DNA of 64,000 nucleotides from Syncephalis fuscata S228 (Eukaryota; Fungi; Zoopagomycota): NCBI GenBank assembly GCA_025786725.1, contig JAHLTZ010000021.1, positions 124,001-188,000 of the forward strand. Direction: 5' to 3'. The translations under genes were made by a program, and so were the position numbers. The notes below the pieces were generated by a model that did not search any database, was not told the DNA's origin, and saw only the letters and a program-made list of their open reading frames with translations. Positions 13,821 through 33,269 of the stretch are shown one piece after another. How positions within the stretch are numbered: the stretch's first letter is position 1; each line of letters begins with the position of its first letter.

Positions 13821-15017
13821 ATGACAATTCGTAGCGGGCGTAGCACTTTAGCTGCCAATACAAAAGCTGACCCATCGGTATCTACCGCTTATACGAGTGG
13901 CGTAGAGCTTCATAGTGATGCATCGGCCGAATCTGCAACGGCTACACCGCTTATTGAGGCTTTGGAGGAGGATGAAGATGCAGTGGTATCAGATGGACGG
14001 CAACGGCGTGCTAGTTCGGCAACATTTGCACGTATTACCGACTCTGTCATACCTGCAAGTGTAGCTGATACAGCTAAACAAGCCTATGCTCAACTGTGCA
14101 CTTTCGCCGAATTACCTCACTGGATGCAAGATAACGAATATATTCGTACTTTTTATCGACCACCCACCTTTTCGTATCGCCGCTGCTTTGCATCCCTCGG
14201 CTATGTTCATAACGAGACAGGCAATATTTATAGCCATGGCGTGGGTGCTGTAGCATTTCTTGCACTGGCCGGCTTTACTGCACATATGATTAGCGAGCAA
14301 AGTACGGCTAATTGGAGCGACTCGTTTGTCTTCTACGTCTTTCTAAGTGGCGCTATTATTTGTCTTAGTCTATCGGCAACCTTCCATCTATTTTCTTGTC
14401 ATTCAGAAAAAGTATCTGCTAATTGGAACCGCTGTGATTATATTGGTATTGTCGCTTTAATTGTCGGCTCGTTCTATCCCATCGTCTACTACACCTTCTA
14501 CTGCCATGCTACCGCACGTAATGTCTATCTTGCTGTTATTACAGCTCTTGGTGGCCTTACCGTTGCAACCTGTGTATCAAGACGATTTGCTAGTCCAGCA
14601 TTCCGTAGCTATCGTGCCGGTATATTTGTTGCTCTAGGTGGCAGCGGTGTCGTTCCAATGATTCACGCTCTTATTCAATACGGTGTAAGTATAGAAAAGT
14701 TATTAATGATCGAACTATTGACTAAATAATATGGTATATAGTGGCATCATATCGTCGAAGGCGCTTCTCTGCCATGGATTGCCACAATGGGTATTCTTTA
14801 TATTGTTGGTGCTGTTATTTACGCAGCACGTGTACCCGAACGTTGGTGGCCAGGCAAATTTGACATCTTTTTACACTCACATCAAATATTTCATCTATTT
14901 GTATTGACTGCAGCCACTCTCCACTATATTGGATTGGTACGCGCCTTTCGCTGGCATCATAACGTGGATCCATTTTGTGCACTTAATGGTTTACGTCGTA
15001 ATGTAATCTCTCCCTAA
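13821..15017 (+). CDS. IZH: PAQR/adiponectin-receptor-like (hemolysin III) membrane protein, 2 exons
   Basis: LPHWMQDNEYI; HNETGNIYSH; SATFH; CDYIGI; PERWWPGKFDIFLHSHQIFH; intron 14685-14741. Confidence 0.93.
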
Positions 15018-15473
15018 TGCTCGTTATTTTATTATTACACTCATCTCTCCTAATGATAATTATAATAAATATTTATAATAAATAGCCATTTTAATTAAAT
15101 ACGATCGACTAATATCTTTACTAAACTCAATAACATTTATACACATTTATCGTAGTATTTATCCAAATTATATTCTTTTCTTTTGAGGTGCATGTGTGTA
15201 TTTGTATTTATCAAATCAAGATAGGAGTCGTCGGTGAGCAAGTATCAAATCGAGAGCAAGAGTGTGACTGAGAATCGACGCAAGAAAAAAAGAATAAGCA
15301 CGAACAAAGTTCCAGTTGTAATTGTTACTAGTGTTAATAATAAAACAAATACATACTAGAAAAGGTAGAAGAAAGATAACCAGCTACATAGCCGCCACTA
15401 TGACTACTACTACTACTACTATTATTACCACGACTACTGTGCCACCACCATTAACTGTATATCTTCATTGCTT

Positions 15474-16533
15474 CTAGTTCTTTTTGGGTGGTGGACGGTA
15501 GACACCGACAACAAGTGCGTGGTCACGCTCATAAGGTTCAAGCGTCAATTGCTCTTGTGGCTTAATCTTCTCTTGTTGGAGCTTCTTCACCTCAGAGGCA
15601 AATACCTTTGCTGCTTCAACTGTTGAGTCAATGCAGTTGGCCTTAATGGAAATGACAATATGGCCACTGTTCTTCAAAAAGTTGTGTGCATTCAATGCAA
15701 TAATACGTGCTTGATCTGGCTGGGCAACATCGGCAAAGATAACATCGACCATACCGACCAACATGCGGTACTTGTGTGGGTGACGTGCATCCTCGATAAT
15801 AGGAATAACGTTGGTGCGCTTCTTTGCAACGTTAATCAAATCACGGCCAGATCGGTGGGAGAATTCAACGGCATATACGAGACCTTCTGGGCCAACTACG
15901 TCGGCTACATGCGAAACAGTAGTACCGCTAGCACCACCAAGGTATAGAACACGCTTGCCGGGGCCAATATGAATGTTATCGACACCACCAAGAATACCGG
16001 CAGCCAACTTTGAACGGAAAGGATTCCAGACACGGTATTCGGTCTTTACGCCATCGGCACCTTCCATAGAGATGCGCTTTTCACCGTAGACAGACTCGCC
16101 AGGTACGAGATTCTTCGTAACAAGTAGATCTTCTTTACCACGGGCAACGAATACACCGGCATGACGATGAGGTTCAACGATGACCTTGGCGCCACCACGG
16201 GCACCGCCAGCACCACCGCGACCACGAGCACCACCGCGAGCGCCACCACGGCCACGACCACCACGATCGCCGCCAAAGCCGCCGCGTTTCTGTACACCGC
16301 CAAAGCCGCCACGACCACCACGGTCGCCGCCGCCAAAGCCACCGCGACCGCCACCGCGACCGCCGCCACGGCCGCCACGATCACCACCAAAGCCGCCTCG
16401 GCCACCGCCGCGACCGCCACCACGACCACCACCACCACGAGCACCTATAGTACCGTTATGATTAGCACGATCACTTGATTAGCCAACTAGTGCATTGGTA
16501 GTGCGTAATCAAGCACTACTTACCGAAAGCCAT
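15474..16533 (-). CDS. NOP1: Fibrillarin (rRNA 2'-O-methyltransferase); 10-nt first coding exon, intron 16445-16523
   Basis: RGG/GAR domain; [14 protein letters not shown]; [14 protein letters not shown]; [15 protein letters not shown]; [10 protein letters not shown]. Confidence 0.98.
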
Positions 16534-16978
16534 AGTTTATAGTAGTAGTTTTTATTCGTAGAACAAGATCGATAAGCACGACAACGTAAGTGCGTGATGG
16601 GCCGAATAAAAAGAATAAAGAAGAAAGAAAAAAACGGTGTGGAGTGCGGAATAAATGCAGAGTCGACCTATCGAAATGTACGCACACACCAGTGGATGAA
16701 AGTGCAAAAAAAGAAAAAAAGAAAAATACACGCCACACAAATATCATATTTATTGATCCATTCGGTGTGTGTGCGTGTGGTCATCTTTTAATGATCCATC
16801 TATGTTAAATCTATTCTATTCAACTAAAACTGTTAAAACTATAAAACTGTGAAATTTATTAATGAATCCAAATAAAGTGTAACACGCTCTATTGGTGCAC
16901 ATCGCTATCATTATTATCTTAACTGATAATCAATAAGATAATAAGCAGTTAACGGAAAAGAATAGATGTATACGGTAA

Positions 16979-25014
<8,036 letters not shown>

Positions 25015-25257
25015 CTTATTATCGGCTATACTACTTCAGTTACTCGCTATTGTTCACTAAAGTGTTACAACAAGCAGTAAAGAGAAAGATAGGCAAATAC
25101 CTATAGATACACGACACGCCAACACCTTGATCGCACAGTCTAACGATGAACACGTCGATCGTCGATTAATCACAAGATTAAAACCTACAAATAGATAACA
25201 ACAATAGATTGTAACTTTGTGATCCAACGTATAATCATAAAGCTGTAACTATTATCG

Positions 25258-25281
25258 TTGTTGTTGTTGTTGTTGTTGTTG
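25258..25281. repeat. (TTG)8 microsatellite
   Basis: ttgttgttg... run. Confidence 0.9.
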
Positions 25282-25814
25282 ATATGAATGTGCTATCTAC
25301 GCATCAACAAAAAGGTGATAATAATGGAGTGGTGGCGATAATGAAAAGTTGGGTGGCAAGAAAATTATACGTCGTTGAAAATGAGTGTAGTTATAAAAGA
25401 GATAGATCACATTTAATATTAATATACATTTCTTTACACTTTCTATATATTTGTTACTAAATACCATTATTTTATTCTGTCATCTACTGTTTGTTATATA
25501 GTTTTCGTATACTTTACTGCGACACTGTTAATACAATAACATACTCAATCCTACTACTGGCAATGAATCTGATCAAGATTAGTTAATAAATAGATGAATA
25601 AAGATCATAACACCAATCAATGTTGATATGGGATTTATAATACTTTATCCATATATTTAATAAAGTGTCTGCACTGTTTAAATATTTATTACTGTTTATT
25701 ATTTAGTTTATAGAATTTAGAGATTACTATCTAATAGTCATATTAATAATATGCAAATACAGCTTTATTCCACGCAGTATACTAAAGTCTTATTAAATAG
25801 ATAATTGCTTTCCA

Positions 25815-26195
25815 TTATTGGGAAGGTTTGCTTTTGCTGTTGGGTCTTTTACTTGGATCCATTGATTTGCGCATAATGGTTAATTTGCCCACTGCTCCAG
25901 CCCGTGTCGCCATTTGTGTCTCAATATTTCTATTAATATTAGCTGATAGTTTCTATTGATAGATTGTTGTTAGTATTTATTATATATCTAGTAACAATGC
26001 TTACCTTTTGAAGGACCTTTTGCTTGACTAAAACTTTATTCTTTGGTGCAATCACTCTAGCTAATAGAATCTATCAGTATACTAGTTTAAAGATTGGTTA
26101 AAATACTTACCGCCCTTTCTTGAACTAGTGGGCTTCTTGCTTTGTGCTTGTTTAGCACGATTTGTATTGGCTTTCTTTACAAGTCCCTGTACCAT
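25815..26195 (-). CDS. Small basic protein of the UPF0390/C19orf53 (DUF2462)-like family, 3 exons
   Basis: MVQGLVKK...RKGARVIAPKNKVLVKQKVLQKKLSANINRNIETQMATRAGAVGKLTIM. Confidence 0.8.
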
Positions 26196-26468
26196 CGTGT
26201 CAAGTAATTCAAATAGTTGGAAATATATGAAAAGAAAAATGATAAAATTATTAAAATTAAAATTATTAAATTGATCAAATTGATTTAACATCAATTCAAT
26301 TATCCCAATCAATAAAAAACTAAAGGAGAAACACGCGTGAGATGGTCAAGGCAACAACAACACCAACTACTTCATTCTTTACTTTCTCGTTGTTTTATAT
26401 TTCTACATTAAGTACATAAGGAATATTGGCTATTTAGCTAAATACTTTAGAGAGAGAGAAATAAAGAG

Positions 26469-27656
26469 ATGCAACAAGACGAGAAAGTACAAAACACGAC
26501 TCAAGACACGACCCAATCTAATAGCGACATTGCTATGACTTTAGATAACACCATCAGTTCATCTACTACTACTGCCATGTCCGCGACAATGCAACAACAA
26601 CAGCAACAACAGCCTTCAACAGCACCTAAAGTGGATCCGGCTCATTCTAATCATGCTCATATACAGCATCTTAATAACGTTAATACTGCTCAAAGACCGG
26701 AATTTCTAACGTATCTTAATTTGAATACGGAAAAAGATGAATCCACTGAATGGTCCCTCCTCAGTAACAATTTCTAGATGGAGAGCATTCACCGCAGAAT
26801 GTAGCATTTTATAGCTTTTGTTTAGGCGCGTTATTTATGATATCTATCGAGTTCTTTATTCATTCTACACTGCCATCACAGCTTAGCGTCTATTTGGCTG
26901 CTTTATCTCTATTTCACTTTTTAGAATACTTTTCTACTGCATTATGGAATACATCAAAAGTAAATCTTGACTGTAAGTGTAATGACCACTTGTAATATAC
27001 ATATATAGATACTAATCAATGCTATATAGCATTTTTAATTGATCATAGTACTGCTTATCATATGGCCAATGGAGCTGGCATTATTGAATTCACTGTTGAA
27101 TATTTATTGACTCCAGAATGGAAACATATTGGCTGGTGGACATTTTTAGGTAATGATTAATAATAATAATAATATAGTATAACAATATAGTATAATAAGC
27201 TAATTAATTATATAATATTAGGATTTTTATTGTTATTATTGGACAAGTGGCACGTACACTAGCCATGGCTACAGCTGGTCGATCATTTAACCATCAAGTT
27301 CAATCACGTCGTCAATCCGACCATCAACTTATTACGCATGGTATCTATGGGTAAGTATTATATATACACACACACATATATATATATGTCATTTGGCTTT
27401 TTCATTACTAATACACCTATTACTATTTAGTTGGATGCGACATCCATCCTATTTTGGGTTTTACTTTTGGGCATTGGGTACACAGTTGATGCTGGCCAAT
27501 CCATTCTCATTTATAGCATTCCTTTTTGTATTGCATCGATTCTTTGCTGATCGAGTGGCCTATGAAGAAAGAGCGTTACTTCGCTTTTTCGGACAAGACT
27601 ACTATGCTTATAAGCAACGGGTTGGCACTATGATGCCATTTATCCGCGGTTGCTAG
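26469..27656 (+). CDS. STE14: Isoprenylcysteine carboxyl methyltransferase, multi-exon, apparent 1-nt deletion near 26770
   Basis: FHFLEY; GQVARTLAMATAGRSFNH; HQLITHGIY-WMRHPSYFGFYFWALGTQLMLANP; EERALLRFFG. Confidence 0.95.
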
Positions 27657-27915
27657 AATGTTGCCTAACATTTGCTTTATATAATTATTCACAAATTATA
27701 GTTATTACTTAACATAGCATTTATCTTTTTTACTTTATAAATACTTTATCTTTTAGGCAGATATATTATGGATGACATAGTATTGAAGCACTTTATGATC
27801 ATTATCAAATATACTTTACTATATTCAAATAAAGCTTGACCAAAAAAGATATTAAATGGGTCGACTATATTATAAAATGGCTTTAACTAGCAATAGTAGC
27901 TGAATTAGAACAGTA

Positions 27916-29141
27916 TTACTGATGGGCAGTTTGAAACGCTTTCATAAATTGGGCGAGTACTTGAACTGCTTCTAAGGGAAGTGCATTGTAAAGTGAGGCT
28001 CGTATGCCACCTACAGAGCGATGTCCTTTAAGTTGTACCATATGAGCAGCCTCTGATTCTTGAATAAATGCTGACTCCAGCTCTGGATTAGCTAGTCGGA
28101 AGGTGATGTTCATACGAGAACGATCAGCCACCGCAGTACCTTTATAGAACCCATTTGAAGCATCAATTAAATCGTAGATGATCTTTGATTTCTCAATAGC
28201 TCGTCGTTCCATCTCTGCTACACCACCCTCGGCCAGTGTGTAGTCAGTGGTTAATGCGGTGATATAGGTAGAGAACATGGGTGGTGTATTGTAGAGTGAG
28301 CCATGTTTGGCAGCTAAAGCCCAATCAAGCATAAGTGGAATAGCATTGGCTATAGGAAAGGTGGTGCTGTTATTACTATTATCATTATTTGTTGGTGTAG
28401 ATGGCCGTGTCAACAAGTCATCACGAACAATGATCAGGGTAAGTCCTGCGGCACCCATGTTCTTCTGTGCACCAGCATAGATGACACCGTAACGAGAGAC
28501 ATCAACGGGGCGTGACATAATATTTGAGCTCATATCGCATACGACAGGCACATCAGCGGGTAGATCATCGGGTAATTCACCCAATTCAACACCATCTACC
28601 GTCTCGTTGGCACAGTAGTAGAAATAGGCGGCGTTAGATCCGCTTAATTGCCAGGTATTTCGAGGCGGTACACGATATAAGCTTTAGTAGTGGCGTCACG
28701 ACCATTAGCCACGATATTAACCTGTGCGCCTAGATCGCGTGCTTCTTTGGCCGCCTTTTCAGACCAAGCACCCGTAATCAAATAGTCTACCACTGGTGAT
28801 GCTACTGCTGCCGCTGTTGTTTGTTCTCCCGTAGCACTGCTGGAGTGACGAGCATGGTAAGCTGCTAAAAGATTGTAGACAACAGCAGAAAACTGTTGTG
28901 AGCCACCACCTTGTGTGAATAGTACTTTGTAGTTATCGGGTACGGCGAGTAGATGGCGTATGTTTGCTTCAAGACGGTCTTGCAGTTGTTGGAAGGTAGT
29001 TGTTCGATGGGATATTTCGAGTATAGACATGCCTGTGCCGGCGTAATTAAGCATTTCTTGTTGGGCCTTTTCAAGCACGGGGCGCGGCAACACCGACGGA
29101 CCGGCGCCAAAATTCCAAACTTGGGCTGGTGGTTGAGCCAT
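27916..29141 (-). CDS. SER1: Phosphoserine aminotransferase, intronless, apparent frameshift near 28660
   Basis: NFGAGPS; SILEISHR; QGGGSQQF; YCANETVDGVE; CDMSSN; YAGAQKNMG; NTPP; GHRSVGGIRASLYNA. Confidence 0.96.
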
Positions 29142-30455
29142 TACTTTAGTTGAGAATAGCAAAAGAGAAAAGAGATAGATACGGCTAGATAGTGTCGATC
29201 AGCGTAGATCTGATACCGATGATTCATCAAAATCATTGATGTAGTACCTGAAATTGCCATTTTTACTCCATGACAATCTATAGCGAATGAAATCTATAAG
29301 CGGTCATTCAACAATAAAAAATGCGTTACTATTATTTAATTTGAATCTAACAATGTTATGTATGTCTAGCTTACAAATACATCTGCAATAACAATTTGAT
29401 TAGAATTTATATAAAAAGCTTAAAACTATTAAATTTGGTAAGTTTACAATCTTTTATTTGTTAATAAACAGTGCAATTTAGAAATGTAATAATAATTGCA
29501 CATTCTAAATAAAATGGGCTATTGTTTTCGATACCAATATTAAATACAACAAAGAGCAGTCAATTAGTCGTATAAACTTTAGAAATTAATAAGTAGTATA
29601 CGTCATATGTAACAAGACTACAGCTTATTCTGCTGAAAGTTTCGATTATGGCTATCACAATATTTGACGAGCGCTATATCAAGTTTCGAAAATAGCCCAC
29701 TTGACCGCTACAGCAAAGGCTTATCCGGTTAAATTTCTATTTATATTGAACCAGAATTCTATCTAATGAAACCGGCCGTGTGGTAATTAAGCCAAGTTAT
29801 AACAAAATAAATACATAGCATGTCATACTGTTATATCAGATAAGAATATGAGCAGTAAATTCAATTAAGCACAGAAGTTAAAGCTTATTTAGAATAGATG
29901 TAGTCGCTATAATTTCCGTAATAGCCTTATATAATAAGCTATCGTTTAATGAATAATGCAATGATGTGATTGTAATAGCTATTAACGTGCCATTGATAAA
30001 TGTTTGGCAGTTTTGAAACAAGATGCTAATGAGACATAATGATTGCTGGTGGATACAATAATGACGAAATCATCTGTTGAAATAGAATATACGAATCAAC
30101 GCTTAATGTTGCACTTTATAATAACTAGATTTAGAGCCAAACCCGTTGTTTGGTAGACAAATAATAATAAATACTATTCTAGAAGCAATATTGGTAAAAT
30201 TATGCATAAAGTATTATTATATAAAGCGTAATATAACTGTCAATCTTTGTGACTCAAAAGTAAACAGCGTGGTGTCGGCATGCTATCACTCAAAACACCG
30301 ATAAATACCAGGCCTATGTCCAAAACAATAAGCAAGTTTGCTATTAATAACTGGGACCGTTGTATTGCAGTTGAGTATTTCTAATCATCGACAACATATA
30401 AATTGAAATAATATTATAACACGCTTATTCAATCGCTATATTGCTCTTACCGCCA

Positions 30456-31860
30456 TGCACCACACCACTATTAATCAATTACCAGTTAGTAAATTGATTC
30501 TGCTTGTAAACCATTCTTCGTGATTTTGATTGGTTTTTATTGCATCTTAATGCCACAGTGATCGAGTTTAACTTTGTCGTTTCGTAAATGCAAAACTTAA
30601 AAACAATATGATATTATGGCAACATTTCTATCATTGTCGATTTCTTAACGTATTTTACAAAGCAAAAGAATGCGATTTTGTGTATTGGTACGCTCAAAGT
30701 CAATTTTCAATCGATAATATACCAATGGAGTCGGCTGCGCTACTAAACAAAGTTAATTGGCGTGATTTACATCGGCTACGTGTCACTACCGAAAATAATT
30801 GGCGTTATTACCGTTTGCAAAATACAACAGCTTTATGCTTCAAGCTAAATGAGTAAAGTTTATTTGATGAGTGCAAGCTGAGTGGAACAGCTGTTGTGTT
30901 TTTTCCAGATAAAAATACGACAGCAAGCAATGCTTTATACAGATTGAAGATAGTGTTAGTTGAAATCAGTAAACTTCCAGCAAGCGAAAATTAAAACGAA
31001 GATCAAGCTGCTTTAAAACTAGAGTTGATTCTACTATTTTAAATTTTAATCGAGACGAACCCATTTTGCTTGAAGCAATGCTAAGTGACCGATTTTTTGT
31101 TGTGCTTGATAGTTTCGTAGTACCTAGTGAGTTTCAAGTTTATGCTCTTGGTGACTATAAATTACGGTATACTGTAACATTGTCCTTGAATTTTACATGC
31201 AAGGAAATTAATGGTCAGTGGCTATTATTCTTTTGCATTAACAGTGAATCAAACAGCAATAGTCGATTACTTGTATGGGATTTAGAAAATAATCAGCATT
31301 ATATGCAAGAACTTGATGGCCACTGGGACACATCGTGCATTCACAGCGCCACTTGTGATTACACCACAGTCTATACAGTCAAGATTACAGATGAAGATCA
31401 TGGTGTTGTTGAATGGGCATTATATCAATTTTCTCATAATAGGCCAAACCGAAAATTGAAACAAGTATACATCGGCTGAGTATTTGTCTGGACTATGTTT
31501 CCGTTTTGTCTGATGAACCTTATTGTGTAATAGTTAATATAGAATACATGGAAATCAAACCATGGCTATATTACACAATTATGCTTGATAAAAATATGGA
31601 TGTTGAAGTTGATCAAGTACAAAAAATAACAAATCTTGCTGTAAACCAAAAAATAACTATGACTGCAATTGTAAAGTTTATCGTCAGCTGCTTGTGGAAG
31701 AAAACAATGAATTGGTTTTTTTGGTTGATGCAAGTACTGGTGAAGTTATACGCCAAATAGAAGAAGCTAGCGGCGATTTACACCATTTTATGATGACTGG
31801 ATTTGTAACTGGAAACTGCCGTCTTTTTATTAAAACAATAAGCTATATTACTCTATAAAT
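30456..31860 (+). pseudogene. Degenerate F-box-type gene (N-terminal F-box-like start, beta-rich C-terminal part)
   Basis: MHHTTINQLPV; ILWQHFY..RF; NWRDLHRLRVTTENNWR; LLVWDLE; several in-frame stops and frameshifts. Confidence 0.5.
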
Positions 31861-33269
31861 ATAATAAATTTTAGTTACACAATTATATGTATTAAAGCAA
31901 ATATAATGGCAAATATAGTGATGCCAACCAGTATATCACGAATCTATAGATTATAATAATTATCACTTATCAGCCCAATGATATGTTACAAATAAATACT
32001 CGATTCAAAATAAACTATTTTATATTTATACATAACTTGTTTTGCCATATACTTATATACTTATATATATATATATTATTGATAACAACCTATTATTAAA
32101 TCACTACTATTAGTTTGCTATTGCTTTTTACCACCTAATTACACTATAATCGCTTTTAATACTGCTAAATACTGTGATAGCATTGGCGCAATGTTTTTAC
32201 AATTAAATCTGTAAAATAGCGCTATATTGATATCTTAAGGTATTACAAATAAATGGCAATGTTGTTACAATTTGGCCCTAGAAGCTATAACCTAGCTAAG
32301 CAATCAGTGTCTTATACTAGGCTATTGTATAACTTGACACTTAGAATACAATGTGTTACTTGCCCAATATTACTTTAATGATAAACTTGTTTCTTATTGA
32401 TTATTGATTATATTTGAAAGCCAACAGTTATTCGCCGGTTGTTTCTTTGCAATAGTCGTTTATTACTAGAAATTAGTGCTGACATTTGATATATATTGTT
32501 TTTGTGGCCGATCACTGCAACTTTAAAAGATCTTACAGTCATATGATGCATTTCATAGTCACTTCTTCACAAGACACTGCCAATAACATTAAAATAATCG
32601 TAATGAAAAATTTTAGCATTTTATATTATGGATCATTAACGAGGCTTGTATATTTCCATGGTTTACAAGACTAGATTGGCATTTGCACAAAGTGGCAAAT
32701 ATCTGTGTAAAAATAGTATTTTGATGCATCAGATTTGCAGGGTGTAACATTTTTTTTCAAGGATTAAAGCAAATTTAGCCATTGTAACTTTTTGAAAAAG
32801 CGAGAACAAAGGCACAATAGTGTCATCATCTTTGTTTCAATAGATTTAACACATTCCTTACAATGACGTTGCTGAATTGTGTAAAAACACAATCAAACTT
32901 GGCATGTTTGTTTATATCACATGTATACTAGATAGCTGCCATTGTCGCAGTACTTGCGTAAGTGCTAAATAAGTTAAAACAAAGAGCTAGGCTATATACT
33001 ACAATACAATAATCTATTTATATACATGTATTTTAAGTCATAGTGTAAATGCGTTTGATTCGTTTACATTGTATTCAATGGTATGTTCTACAAAATACAT
33101 ATTGCTGGTATTTAATACAAATATAGATTTAAATAGCACACAAAATGTACACAAGTAACTACTTTTATTATCATCCACTCTGCTTTCTGACAAACCATCA
33201 CTATCATCCGCTTTATCTCAAACATTTGCATTGCTCATTCTACTTTTTGTTTAACAAATCAACATCACC

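Noticed and set aside
16046-16478. Ala/Thr-, Val/Ala- and Pro/Arg-rich ORFs
   Set aside because: Alternative-frame and antisense shadows of the fibrillarin RGG repeat
28584-28700. Programmed frameshifting or true pseudogenisation of SER1 and other split ORFs
   Set aside because: The same 1-nt deletion pattern hits essential PRP8, so assembly error is more parsimonious
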